Positions 29,123-38,966 are shown, numbered from the stretch's first letter. The stretch: DNA of 59,931 nt from a virus (IMGVR_UViG_3300036832_000301:1-59931); one strand, 5' to 3'. Translations and numbers: made by a program. The notes: generated by a model not told the origin, from the letters alone.

Positions 29123-29344
29123 TTAAGCACCGATGAGCTCCTCGCGTCGCCGGGCAGCGGCGGCCAGGGTTTCGAGCGACCCGTACCGGGCAATGAAGTC
29201 GCCCCGGCGGCTCCAAAGCACAAACGGCAGCCGCGCGGTGCGGGTCTTCCGAGTCAGGTTGTCCACGCTCGCGCAGGAGTGCGCGAGCGTGGCGTTGAGC
29301 TCGGCCAGGGGTTGCCGGGTGCGCTCGTAAATGTTGCGGGTCAT
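29123..29344 (-). CDS. Hypothetical protein, first gene after a promoter cassette
   Basis: GGAGACACCGATG start context. Confidence 0.55.
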   Translation of the reverse strand: MTRNIYERTRQPLAELNATLAHSCASVDNLTRKTRTARLPFVLWSRRGDFIARYGSLETLAAAARRREELIGA

Positions 29345-29443
29345 CGGTGTCTCCGTTGTGTGTGATGCGGTTTTAGCACCAGCACACACCGCTGCAAGCA
29401 CTATTGCACGCAGCGGTGTCGCAGGGGTGTCGCACCTCGCCGG

Positions 29444-30010
29444 TCAGGCGGCGGGCGGGGCGATCCGGTAAACCAGCCCGGCGTCGGTCTTCTCGGTAGC
29501 GACGGTCAGGCCGAGTTTGACCTTGATCGCGCCAGCGATAGCCCCGCGAACCGTGTGCGGTTGCCAGCCGGTCGCCTTCTGCATCTGCTCGTTGGTCGCG
29601 CCTTCGGGCCGCTGCATCATGCCGATCACCAGACCCAGCTTGCCTTTCGGCAGACCATCGCCGTTGTCGGCCAGCTTGCGCTCGCCCTTCGGCTTCGCGG
29701 CCTTGGCCTTCTTGGCGGCCTTCGGCTTCGCGGCCTTCACCGCCGGGGCGGCGTCGGCCTGGGGCGCTTCGGCTTGCGGCTCATCGACCGGCTCGACCGG
29801 CGGGGCGTCCGTCGCCGGGGCTTCCGGCGTCGGGGCTTCCGGCGGGGCGGCATCGTTCTCGGACATCGCTTCCCAGGCGAACCCGCCTTCGGCTTCGATC
29901 ACCCGGAAGTGGACGCCGCTGATCTTGTCCTTGCCGAGCGCGGCGCGGGCGGCGCGGGCGGCGTTGCTGCGGTCGGTGTAGGTCTTCGTGGCTTCAAGAA
30001 CTTCGCTCAT
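29444..30010 (-). CDS. DUF3489-domain protein
   Basis: RPEGAT.E...ATGWQPHTVRGAIAG..K.KLGL. Confidence 0.85.
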   Translation of the reverse strand: MSEVLEATKTYTDRSNAARAARAALGKDKISGVHFRVIEAEGGFAWEAMSENDAAPPEAPTPEAPATDAPPVEPVDEPQAEAPQADAAPAVKAAKPKAAKKAKAAKPKGERKLADNGDGLPKGKLGLVIGMMQRPEGATNEQMQKATGWQPHTVRGAIAGAIKVKLGLTVATEKTDAGLVYRIAPPAA

Positions 30011-30198
30011 GGTCTCTCTTTCGTTGGGGGTGGGAAAAACGGCTGGTCTTAGTCTTAGTGCTCGACGCGTTGGACGACGATCCAGCCCTGGCGCTCGTAG
30101 TGCTCGCGGACCAGGGCGGCGATGTCGGCGTCGTCCGTGCGGGTCTCGCTCGCGATCAGGCGGGCGCGGGTGTTCTCGTGGGCGGTCAGGTGGAAGGT

Positions 30199-30287
30199 CA
30201 TCGGTGTCTCTCGCTGTTGGTGATGCTGTTTTAAACATAGCACGCACCGTTGCAAGCGCGCATGTGCGCGGATGCTGTTCTGTCGCA
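30199..30287 (-). promoter_or_regulatory. Repeated promoter/RBS cassette (representative copy)
   Basis: Minus strand TGCGACA-N23-GCTTGCA-N~17-TAnAn..GAGACACCGATG; same 30-nt box offset at 31160, 32178, 32979, 34293, 35057, 35376, 36267. Confidence 0.75.
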
Positions 30288-30289
30288 GG

Positions 30290-30811
30290 TCAGTCGCGCG
30301 GCGGGAGCACGCTCCCGACCTCGTTGATCTCGTGCGGCACGCCCGCCGCGCGCAGCAGGATGTCGCCGACCGTCCGTCCGCCGATCAGCGGCGAGCCGGT
30401 TCGGAAGTAGGCCGAGATGCCGGTGCCCGCCGCTGCCTTGAGCAGGTCGCTGTAGCCGAGCCGGTAGATGTCGTGCGCGCCGTTGGCGCGGTAGTACGCC
30501 TCGCGGCCGATGGGGGTCAGGACGTTGCCCATCCGCTCGATCAGGGTTGCCGCCCACACCTCGCCAGCGCGCTCGACCCAGCAGTGGATGAACGGCACCA
30601 TCGAGGCGGCGGCCATCGTCTTGAGCTCGGCGGGGCTGGCGGCGCGGAACGTGCCCATGACCACCTCCCCGGCGCGGAGGTCGAGGACCAGGGCGGCGGA
30701 CCGATGGAAGCACAGGCCCTTGCCGGGGTGGGTCGGGCCGAAGTGCGTCATGCACCCGGTCAGATGTGGGTACTTCGACCGGCGGGCCTGCGGGCTGGTG
30801 TCGTCGAACAT
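30290..30811 (-). CDS. Hypothetical protein
   Basis: 173-aa ORF with C...HCW pattern; coupled to upstream gene. Confidence 0.6.
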   Translation of the reverse strand: MFDDTSPQARRSKYPHLTGCMTHFGPTHPGKGLCFHRSAALVLDLRAGEVVMGTFRAASPAELKTMAAASMVPFIHCWVERAGEVWAATLIERMGNVLTPIGREAYYRANGAHDIYRLGYSDLLKAAAGTGISAYFRTGSPLIGGRTVGDILLRAAGVPHEINEVGSVLPPRD

Positions 30812-31110
30812 CAGTAGTTGACCTCATAGAGGCGGTTGCCGTTTGCGGTGCTGGAGCGCAGCACCTTGGCGCGGGTCAGGCGGGTCAGCGCGGCCTTGAT
30901 CTTGTCGGCGTCGAGCGACCCGGCGGCGTAGCCGTTCAGGCCCTCGGCGATCTGCGCGATCCGGTCGACCGGCAGGGATGAGTGCCACATCGCGCGGAAG
31001 ACGTTGGCGATGCCGAGCTCGTAGGTGTCGAAGTCGGTGGCGGCGGCGCGGTCGGCGAACAGCCGGTAGGTGTCGGCCTCGTAGGCGGCGCGGGTGCTGT
31101 GGTCGGTCAT
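30811..31110 (-). CDS. Hypothetical protein
   Basis: Follows promoter cassette; GAGACACCGATG start. Confidence 0.6.
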   Translation of the reverse strand: MTDHSTRAAYEADTYRLFADRAAATDFDTYELGIANVFRAMWHSSLPVDRIAQIAEGLNGYAAGSLDADKIKAALTRLTRAKVLRSSTANGNRLYEVNY

Positions 31111-31183
31111 CGGTGTCTCTCGCTGTCGTTGGTGCAGTCATAATGACTGCACGCAACACTGCAAGCACCATCGTATGCAGATG

Positions 31184-31876
31184 CTATTCGGTCGCACTCA
31201 CCGCGACCGGCCAGTGGATCAGGTCGGCGGGCGACCACGTCCACTTCTCCGACGCGACGAGCCGCTCGCGCGCCTCGGCTTCGCTGATCTCGACGCCGTG
31301 GTTCCAGAACTCGACGGCCAGCCAGGGGCGCTCTGGAATAAAGCGCTGGTTCCCCTGCTCCTGCGTCTCGAAGGCGACCCGCCGGGTGCGCGCCAGGACG
31401 AAGAACGGCGGCTGCTCGGGGATCATGCTTTCCTCGGTGAGCATCCGCAGGCCGGGCGGCCACTTGCCGTGCTTGGCGAGCGCCGTGTCGACCCGCTTCG
31501 TGTAGCGCCCGGCGATGTACGGGCAGACCCGCAGTGCGTAGGTCGCGCACGCCTTGTGCATCGGCCCGTCGATGAATGCGCCGTGCTCGTGGAACGCGCC
31601 GCCGGGGCCGCCGACCAGCCAGATGTCGCGGTCGAGTTTCTGGGCGCAGATCGAGCAGAGCTTCTGCCGGGCGGTCTTGGCGACCCGCTCGACGTCGTTG
31701 ATCACGAAGAACGCCCGGCCGGTCAGGTCCCGGCGGACGATGAATGGGATCGGGTATCCCCGCCGGTCGCGCGGCAGCAGCCGCATCTTCGGGGGGATTG
31801 GGACGGTCTCGACCGGCTTCACGACCGGCCCTCGCGGCGAAGGGGCGGGCTGGGCTTGGTTCATCGTTGGTTTCAC
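31184..31876 (-). CDS. Cys/His-containing phage protein (paralogue of 51066-51704)
   Basis: DRRGYP.P...LCxIC...H..CA.(Y/F)A...CP shared with 51066-51704. Confidence 0.7.
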   Translation of the reverse strand: MKPTMNQAQPAPSPRGPVVKPVETVPIPPKMRLLPRDRRGYPIPFIVRRDLTGRAFFVINDVERVAKTARQKLCSICAQKLDRDIWLVGGPGGAFHEHGAFIDGPMHKACATYALRVCPYIAGRYTKRVDTALAKHGKWPPGLRMLTEESMIPEQPPFFVLARTRRVAFETQEQGNQRFIPERPWLAVEFWNHGVEISEAEARERLVASEKWTWSPADLIHWPVAVSATE

Positions 31877-33002
31877 TTCTAGGCGTTGAGGTAGGCGTCA
31901 AGGGCGGCTTCGCGCTTGGGGCTATCGAAGCTGATCATCGAGCTCGCGGTGCCCTGGTGCGTCGAGCGCCGGGAAAAGAACCGGATGCCGCCGCCGTATT
32001 GCTCAGGCATCCGCAGCCAACCGAAGGTGCGGCCATCAGAGAAGGTCGCGTCGCCAGAGCCGGGGCGGCGATTTGCGCCGGTCGTGCTGATGGTGCGATT
32101 TGCGGTGACTTTCATTGGGGTCTCTCGTCGGTGGTGCGCTGTTGTTGAGAGCATGTGTAACCAACTGCACGCAACGCTGCAAGCGCCGATGTGAGCAGAT
32201 GCTATTTGGTCGCATGGTGAGAACCGCCGAGCCGTAGCCCGGCGGCGCTCGGCTACTTCACGGCGACGGCTTCCTCGCCACACGCCTGATCAGCCTTGCT
32301 GGCTCGCAGCCGAAAGGCCCGCCACCACTGCGGCGCGGGCCAAGCGGATGCGTCGATGTTTTCTGGTCGATCAGGCGTGCGACAGGCTCGACCAGCCGCG
32401 CGGGCTCATGAGCGCGAAGGCGACCCCGGCCCACTTCGAGCGCTCGGCGGGGGTGTCGCAGAATTCGGCATTATCCTCGGCGTCGGCGCGGATGCAGGCC
32501 CGCTCATAGGGTGTCAGGTTGAAGGCGCGACCCGCCTCGAAGACCCGCAGGAGGCTCTCACGGCTGGCGATGGACTTGCGCAGGCGGGCGGCTTGCAGGC
32601 GGTAGCCGGTCGCCTCGTCGCCGTACTCGACCTCGGCGAAATACTCGACATCGGCGAGGCGCTCTTTCAGGTCGCGGATTGGCTTGGTCATGGTCTCGGG
32701 TCCTGGCGGGCCGGTGCCTAGCGGCGACCGGCGTGGATGGTGACAACCGCGCCCCGGCGGGCGTGGTGCATGATCGAGGCGGACGCCGAACCGGCCCAGT
32801 AGGCGGCGAAGCTGTCGCCCTCGGCTTCGGCCTTCGCCATCGCGGCGACTTGGTCGGCCTTGGCGGCGGCGGCGAGCGCCAGGATTTCGGCGGCTTCGGC
32901 GGCGTCGGTGAAGATCGGGCGGCGGGTCATGTGTGTGTCTCCGTTGTTGACTGATGTGTATGTCGCCGCTCACGCTGATGCAAGCGTCTATGTTAGCACC
33001 TG

Positions 33003-33743
33003 CTATTCTGTCGCACCCCTTGGCGTGATACCGCGCACGGTCAGGTCGGCGACATAGGCGTCGATGCAGTCCTTCACCTCGATCCAGTCGGTGCAGAAGT
33101 GGGAGCCCTGGCAGGGGTCGTCTTCGCCGTCTTCGGCGTAAATCCCGTCGGGTCCATAAACCCACCAGACATAGCCACGCCCCTCGCGCTCGGGCTCGAC
33201 CCTGAGGTCCCACGCCAGGGCCAATTTCTGCGCCGTGGAGCGGGCTGACGCCTTGGCGCGCGTGAATGTATCCGGCGGCGGCTTGCGGGCCTCCTGCGGG
33301 ATCGTGACGCCATTCGGCGCGCGCAGTTCCCAGACCACATCGACCCGCGCCCGGCGCTTGACGCTCGGATGGTCGAGCTCGACGACATCGTTGGTCCGCC
33401 CGCAGGCGTAGCGGTTGCCGCTGACCACCTGAAAGTGGTTCCCGGCGACGATCAGGAAGAAGCGCCCGCCGCGCTGCCCGTGGGTCAGCTTGAGCCAGCC
33501 CGCCAGGGTTTGCTTCGGCTCGACCTGCGCGCGGCTGTAGCGCACGCCGCAGCGGTCCAGCGCGCGGATCACCGACGCGGTCGACGCGCCCTTGATCGCC
33601 GTACGTCGGCTCACTGCGCGCAACAGCCGGGCGGCCTCGCCGGTCCCCATTCCGGTCAGGATCGAGATCGCGGACGGGCCGCAGTAGCGATTGCGGTCGC
33701 CCGTGGGGTGCAGGGGCTTCCGCAGTTTGAGCGCGGCGGCCAT
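33003..33743 (-). CDS. Papain-like/C39-like putative peptidase-domain protein
   Basis: YCGPSAI and HFQVV motifs. Confidence 0.5.
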   Translation of the reverse strand: MAAALKLRKPLHPTGDRNRYCGPSAISILTGMGTGEAARLLRAVSRRTAIKGASTASVIRALDRCGVRYSRAQVEPKQTLAGWLKLTHGQRGGRFFLIVAGNHFQVVSGNRYACGRTNDVVELDHPSVKRRARVDVVWELRAPNGVTIPQEARKPPPDTFTRAKASARSTAQKLALAWDLRVEPEREGRGYVWWVYGPDGIYAEDGEDDPCQGSHFCTDWIEVKDCIDAYVADLTVRGITPRGATE

Positions 33744-34006
33744 CAGCGGATGTACCCATTGCGCGCGAGGTAGTCGACGAGCTCGAAGTACGACCGGCTC
33801 TCCTTGATCTTGCCGGTCATCCGCCCGGCCCGGTCGCGGAGGTTGATGTAATACCGGAGCCCGGTCTCACCTTGGAGCTCGCCGATCAGTGGCGCGGCTT
33901 CGCGCTCCTGGCGCTCAAGGCGGGCCACGGTCCGGTTCTCGTTGGCGATGCGGCGAGCCTCGCGGATGTCGCTCTGCCGGTCGTCTTCGTAGGGGTGGCG
34001 GGTCAT
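33743..34006 (-). CDS. Hypothetical protein
   Basis: Coupled ORF. Confidence 0.55.
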   Translation of the reverse strand: MTRHPYEDDRQSDIREARRIANENRTVARLERQEREAAPLIGELQGETGLRYYINLRDRAGRMTGKIKESRSYFELVDYLARNGYIR

Positions 34007-34353
34007 CAGAGCACGATCCCGAAGTCGGCCACGCTCAAGCAGCCATTTTGGAAGCGGTTGCAGAGGCGACGAAGCTCGGCGGTCATGATCCGGTGCGCGT
34101 CGCTGTAGGCGATGGCCTCGCCTTCGCGGTATGCCGCCAGCGCCTTCGCGGTTGGGGTCTCGGCGGTGGCTCGGCGCTCGCGGGCGGCGTTCCCGGCGTC
34201 GGCGCTGCGGTTGCTCAGGGTCTCAAGGGCGGGGTTGGTCATGTGTCTCTCGCTGTGGTTCGTTGCGTTTTTTACGTCGTTGCACACAACCTTGCAAACA
34301 CAAACGCACACACCATCCATTTTGTCGCAGGTCCCACCGCCTCGACCCGGCGA

Positions 34354-35007
34354 TCACTTGGCCTCCTCGACGATGGTGCCTTCGCGAACCAGCTTGTCGT
34401 AGGCGGCGGCGATGATGTTGAAGGCGACCTTGTTGCCGCTCAGAAACCAGTCCATCCGAACCCAGCGCGTCCCGGCGTAGTTGCCGCAGAACACCCGATG
34501 GACGTTGACCGGCAAGCCCTTGAAGCGGCGACCCAGGTCGAGCGCGTCCTGATAGTCGCCGAGGCGCTTAGCCTGGATCGCTTCGATGTCGGCGCGGGCG
34601 GCCCGCAGCAGCGGGTGATCCTCGCGGGGTGGCCTCGGCTCGACCGGCGCGGCCTTGATCTCGGCGCGCAGGGCGGCGAGCGCTTGCACCTCGGCGATGA
34701 AGGCCGGACGGCTGGCGAGCGCCTCGGTGGCCTTGGCGCGAAATTGGTGCAGGTCGAAGGGTATCGCGTCGAGCAAGGTCATCACCGTCTCGTCGCGCTC
34801 GGTGCCCTCGGCGTTCCAAAGGCCCGGCAGCAGCTTGTCGCGCTCGATGTCGCGCAGGGCTTCGTAGGCGCGGTTGAGGTCGGCCAAGGCTTGCTTCCGA
34901 CCGGCTTCCGAGGCGAACCCGGCTTCGAGCGCGGCGGCGGCTTGCGTGGGCAGCTTGGCGGCTTTGGCGGCGAGATAGGCGGGGCGGTCAAAGGCGGGCT
35001 TGGTCAT
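34354..35007 (-). CDS. Hypothetical protein
   Basis: Follows promoter cassette; GGAGACACCGATG start. Confidence 0.6.
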   Translation of the reverse strand: MTKPAFDRPAYLAAKAAKLPTQAAAALEAGFASEAGRKQALADLNRAYEALRDIERDKLLPGLWNAEGTERDETVMTLLDAIPFDLHQFRAKATEALASRPAFIAEVQALAALRAEIKAAPVEPRPPREDHPLLRAARADIEAIQAKRLGDYQDALDLGRRFKGLPVNVHRVFCGNYAGTRWVRMDWFLSGNKVAFNIIAAAYDKLVREGTIVEEAK

Positions 35008-35097
35008 CGGTGTCTCCGTTGCGTTGAGACAGTGTATAATCGGCTGCACACACGCTTGCAATCGCCGCGTGCGTGCAATGCCGTTTTGTCGCACTCG

Positions 35098-35325
35098 CTA
35101 GTGGCTGCCGGTCGCGCGCAGGATCGCGACGACGGCCCCGCCGAGCGCGGTCGCGAAGGTCGCGCCTGCGCCGAACAGCGCCGCCCCGGCGACGAGGCTG
35201 CGGGCGGTTGCGCCCCTCGGCACGTCGAGCGTCTGCACGCGCTTGTGCTCGGCGTCGGCGAGTTCGCGACCGATCCTGGCGATTTGCTCTTGCAGGGTCA
35301 GGGCGTCTTTCAGGTCTTCGGGCAT
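35098..35325 (-). CDS. Small coiled-coil + C-terminal TM protein
   Basis: LQEQIARI.RELAD...GAALFGAG; resembles 36017-36214 and 53738-53941. Confidence 0.6.
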   Translation of the reverse strand: MPEDLKDALTLQEQIARIGRELADAEHKRVQTLDVPRGATARSLVAGAALFGAGATFATALGGAVVAILRATGSH

Positions 35326-35417
35326 TCAGGTCTCCGTTGTTGCCTGCCGTCTGTTTATAGCTGTGTTTGCATCTTTGCAAGCGCCTCTGTGAGCGACTGC
35401 CATTCTGTCGCACCCGG

Positions 35418-35735
35418 TCAGTCGGGGCACGCCTTGCCGACCGTGATCATCATCGGGCCGACGATGTGGTCGTCGAGATCGATGGCGTTGAGCGCGCGGC
35501 AGATCACGGTGGCGACCGGGTTGTAAGGTGCCCCGTTGAGCTTGCCTTCCTCATTGACCCAGCCGAACGCGGTGTCGTCGATCCGGATCAGTTCGATGTA
35601 GCCGCCCACCGCCTTCTGCATATCAGCCAGGGTCGGCGGCTTGCCGGTGGCGACCCACGAGCTCGCATCGAGCCCGGTGTGCTCTGGCTGGATCAGCCAA
35701 TACCCGTCAGGGCCGAAGGTGCGCAGGGCGCTCAT
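35418..35735 (-). CDS. DUF3846-like protein
   Basis: TLADMQKAVGGYIE...VNEEGK....YNPVAT...IVG. Confidence 0.8.
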   Translation of the reverse strand: MSALRTFGPDGYWLIQPEHTGLDASSWVATGKPPTLADMQKAVGGYIELIRIDDTAFGWVNEEGKLNGAPYNPVATVICRALNAIDLDDHIVGPMMITVGKACPD

Positions 35736-36007
35736 GCGGCGGCGATCTCGGCGGCATACTGCGTGGCGACCCGCAGGCTGAAATGGCGGTTCTGCACCGC
35801 GACCTCGTGGCCATCGCTCCGGATCACCGCGAGGCTGCCGTCGCGGAAGCGCCAGGGGAAGCCCTCGCCCTCGCCGCCCCAGGCTTCGCAGGGCCGGTCG
35901 GAAAGCTGGGCGGCCCCAAGCCGGGTGGCGAACTCGATGGCGGTGGCTCCGCGCTCCCAGGCGTGGTCGGCGACCCGCTGGCGGAAGTTGTCGGCGTTGG
36001 TGGTCAT
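35732..36007 (-). CDS. Hypothetical protein
   Basis: Coupled ORF. Confidence 0.5.
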   Translation of the reverse strand: MTTNADNFRQRVADHAWERGATAIEFATRLGAAQLSDRPCEAWGGEGEGFPWRFRDGSLAVIRSDGHEVAVQNRHFSLRVATQYAAEIAAA

Positions 36008-36016
36008 GACCGGCCC

Positions 36017-36214
36017 CTAGTGGAAGTGTTGGCCGAGGGCGAACAGGGCAGCGCCCGCCGCCCCGAAGACGCCGCAGGCGCTGACGCAGGCGGCGATGGC
36101 CTTCCAGGGCTCCCACTTGGTCTGCGCCAGCTTCAAGGCGACGTCGGCGTGCATCGCGTCCATCTGGGCGCGCAGTTGCTGTTCGGCGAAGGTTGGTTCG
36201 GTGGTCATCGTCAA
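36017..36214 (-). CDS. Small coiled-coil + C-terminal TM protein
   Basis: QTKWEPW...GVFGAAG; follows promoter cassette. Confidence 0.55.
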   Translation of the reverse strand: MTMTTEPTFAEQQLRAQMDAMHADVALKLAQTKWEPWKAIAACVSACGVFGAAGAALFALGQHFH

Positions 36215-36340
36215 GGTGGTGTCTCCGGTGGTTGTATTGCGCTATGTAAGGCTATGCTCACACCATTGCAAGCACCGTTGTTAGCGTCACCACTTTTGTC
36301 GCGGGACGGCGAGTCGGGTGTTCGTGCCGCCAACGGCGGT

Positions 36341-36623
36341 GTCCCATAGCGTGCCATAGTGTCGCACCACGTCCCACTGGGTTCCATTTATTTTGTACGC
36401 ATTAGATGTTACCTACGGTTTTTTAAGGCCACGTTTATATCGCGTTTTCAATGCCTTAGTCGTTGGGATAATGGGTTGGACGACGACTTACAACTGTTGT
36501 CCCATAGAGTCCCACCACGTCCCAAATAGCCTTTGTTTTCAACTTCATACTTGGCCCTCGCGTCCCATAGTGTCTAACTAAGTCCCACCACGTCGCAGCG
36601 TTTTGTACGCGCAATTTTGTACC
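36341..36623. other. Putative attP region
   Basis: AT-rich intergenic stretch before the integrase; TTTTGTAC at 36391, 36601, 36615; three clusters of 10-bp-phased GTCCCA repeats. Confidence 0.6.
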
Positions 36624-36639
36624 TACAAGGGATTTGGCT

Positions 36640-38037
36640 ATGGCTCGAAAGACCAAGAAACTACTCGATATGAACCTCCGCGCAGCCGTCGAGCGCGCCA
36701 TCGACACCGGCGAACAGGGCCGATGGAATGATGGCGGCGGGCTGGTGTTCATCGTCACCGCCGCAGGCAAGGCGCGCGCCCTGCACCGCTACGAGTGGCA
36801 GGGCATCTGGAAGTCGCGCTGGTATCCCGGCGAGTACCCCCGGCAACTGTCGCTGGCGAACGCGCGGGCGATCCACGCCAACGACATCGACCTGCTCGAA
36901 AACAACATCGACCCGTCCGAAGATGTCGCGGCGCAGGAGTTGACGCCGACCCTGGAAGCCTACGCCCGCAAACATTTCCGGCTGCTGGCCTGCGCCTTCG
37001 AGCGCGACTTCGATCCCATCGAGCGGTCGCAATGGTTCACCGACGTCACCGTCCGGATGGGGCGGGTCGCGAAAATGGACATCGACAAGATCAGGCTCAC
37101 CGACGTCGAGGGCGCGCTCAAGCACTACTGGGTCGACCACGTTCCGCGCCCGACCGCCGCGCGCATCGCCTCGCGGGTCGCGGCGGTGCTGCGCCACCGG
37201 CACGCCAGGACCCGGCCCGACGAGCAATGGATGAACCCTGCCGACTGGAAGACGCTCAAGGATCGGCTGGGCAACCATCGGCACTTCGCCGAGCACCACG
37301 CCTCGCTGGAATTCGAGCAGGTTCCGGCGCTGATCAAGCTGCTGCGCACCGACAAGGCGATGTCCGCCCGCTGCCTGGAATGGGTGATCCTGACCGGCTG
37401 TCGCGCCGCCGAAGCGACCGGCGCGAAGTGGGGCGAGATCGACCTCGGCACGCGGACGTGGACGATCCCGACCAGCCGCCTCAAGACCGAGCGCAGCAAA
37501 GGGCCGCGCGGCAAAGCCTTCGTGGTGCCGTTGTCGCTGGCGATGGTCGAAGTCTTGCAGCGGGTGCGCGAGAACCGGGGCGACCTTGCCACCGACGACC
37601 TGATCTTCCCCGGTCGCGAAGTCACCATCCGCGACGGGCGGCGATACAAGACCCAGTCGCTCAGGCGCACGCTCGCCCGCCACTGGCCCGACATCAGCAC
37701 GCACGGCTTCCGCTCCACCCTGGTCGCCTGGGGCGTGGCGATCCCGCACCGCAAGCGCCAGCCATTCGAGTTGGTGGTGATGGACCGGGTGATCGGCCAC
37801 AACATCACCCCGAAAAGCGGCCAGGACGAAGCCGGGTCGAAAATCTCGCAGGCGATGGGCGCTTATGCGCACAAGGCCGGGCGCGACCTCTACCTCGCCC
37901 GGCGCAAGGTGGTGATGCGGGAATGGTCGGCGTTCATCCGCAACGGGCTCGCGCCGGAACTGCCGCCGGTGGTCGCCGCGACCCCCGAGAACGACAACGT
38001 GGTGCATCTGCACCAGCAGGCCAAGGTCGCCGCCTAG
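36640..38037 (+). CDS. int: Tyrosine integrase with N-terminal arm-binding domain
   Basis: DGGGL N-terminus; TGCRAAE, HGFRST, IGH, AY catalytic residues. Confidence 0.92.
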   Translation: MARKTKKLLDMNLRAAVERAIDTGEQGRWNDGGGLVFIVTAAGKARALHRYEWQGIWKSRWYPGEYPRQLSLANARAIHANDIDLLENNIDPSEDVAAQELTPTLEAYARKHFRLLACAFERDFDPIERSQWFTDVTVRMGRVAKMDIDKIRLTDVEGALKHYWVDHVPRPTAARIASRVAAVLRHRHARTRPDEQWMNPADWKTLKDRLGNHRHFAEHHASLEFEQVPALIKLLRTDKAMSARCLEWVILTGCRAAEATGAKWGEIDLGTRTWTIPTSRLKTERSKGPRGKAFVVPLSLAMVEVLQRVRENRGDLATDDLIFPGREVTIRDGRRYKTQSLRRTLARHWPDISTHGFRSTLVAWGVAIPHRKRQPFELVVMDRVIGHNITPKSGQDEAGSKISQAMGAYAHKAGRDLYLARRKVVMREWSAFIRNGLAPELPPVVAATPENDNVVHLHQQAKVAA

Positions 38038-38213
38038 GCCGCCGGGTCGCCGATCATCGCTTCAAGGTCGGGTCGCCGGATCACCGTCCGGTGGCCCACC
38101 TTGGACAGCTTGAGCCGCCCGCTCTTGGCCGCCCGGTAGATGGTCGACCGGCCCACCTTGAGCGCCCTGGCGGCCTCGGGGATCGTATAGAGCGGCTGAT
38201 CCAGAAGCGGCAT
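38034..38213 (-). CDS. xis: Excisionase-like HTH protein
   Basis: YTIPEAARALKVGRSTIYR...GRL...KVGHRTVI. Confidence 0.85.
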   Translation of the reverse strand: MPLLDQPLYTIPEAARALKVGRSTIYRAAKSGRLKLSKVGHRTVIRRPDLEAMIGDPAA

Positions 38214-38276
38214 CTTCGGGGCTTCGTCTGTTGTTGTTGGCACCCTCGTTTGCATAACTGCACACATTCAGTCTGA

Positions 38277-38663
38277 CTAAGCCGTCCGCAGCACGACCCC
38301 CCGGTCGGCGGCGAACCTGTGAATGTCGTCGATGAGCTCCGCAAACTCCCGAACCCGGAGAGCACTCGACGACACATTCAAGTTCACAAAGCCGCGCCCG
38401 TCGAGCGCGGGAACCATACGCAACCCCCGTCCCATGTTCGCCAGAAAGAGCAGCTTCCAGTCGTCGGCGGGAAGCCGCTGGCCGTACCATTCGACCTGCT
38501 CGGCGATCTCGGTCAGCATCGCCCACATCGCGGCGTTCTGCGCCAGGGTCCGCTTGTCGGGCGTGGCGAACGTCGCCAGCGTGCCGGGGTCGGCGTTCCA
38601 GCACCACGTCGCCGCCTTCTCGCGGGTCTCGGGACTTGCCAGTCGGATCGCGGCCTGGGGCAT
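38277..38663 (-). CDS. ninB: NinB/YbcN-family recombination protein
   Basis: RTLAQNAAMWAMLTEIAEQVEWYG...DWK...SSSAL. Confidence 0.88.
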   Translation of the reverse strand: MPQAAIRLASPETREKAATWCWNADPGTLATFATPDKRTLAQNAAMWAMLTEIAEQVEWYGQRLPADDWKLLFLANMGRGLRMVPALDGRGFVNLNVSSSALRVREFAELIDDIHRFAADRGVVLRTA

Positions 38664-38966
38664 TCACCATCCTTGCGCCTGACTGCGTTCCCCGGCGATC
38701 TCGGTGAAAGCCCGCTCGGGCACTTCGTAGCCCAGCCGCCGCAACAGCAGCAGCCGGGCTTCCAGATCGTCGAGGCTGTCGTCGTGGAATTCCTTGCCCG
38801 CGAACGGCAGGTCGATCTCCTCATATGTCGCGTTGACCAGCATCCGCGCATCGGCGTCGCGCGGCACGTTGATCGGCCTGCGCGCGGCGACGCAGGTCAG
38901 ATAGCCGCCCGCCGTGCTGGCGAAGGCGTAGACGTCGCCCTCTGACCATCGGCAATAAGCCATCAC
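38664..38966 (-). CDS. Hypothetical protein
   Basis: MAYCRWS..DVY...LRRLGYEVP. Confidence 0.6.
   Translation of the reverse strand: MMAYCRWSEGDVYAFASTAGGYLTCVAARRPINVPRDADARMLVNATYEEIDLPFAGKEFHDDSLDDLEARLLLLRRLGYEVPERAFTEIAGERSQAQGW

Noticed and set aside
31160-31171. 12-nt contiguous match between concatenated NN pairs of unit 57900-57944 and a promoter -35 region
   Set aside because: Roughly one such match is expected by chance over all units and both strands, and the gapped reading gives a clearer motif.
32215-32370. Possible structured RNA in a non-coding gap
   Set aside because: Only short GC-rich stems, which is insufficient support.
36440-36520. tRNA or tRNA fragment as att core
   Set aside because: No T-arm or acceptor-stem pattern recognised.
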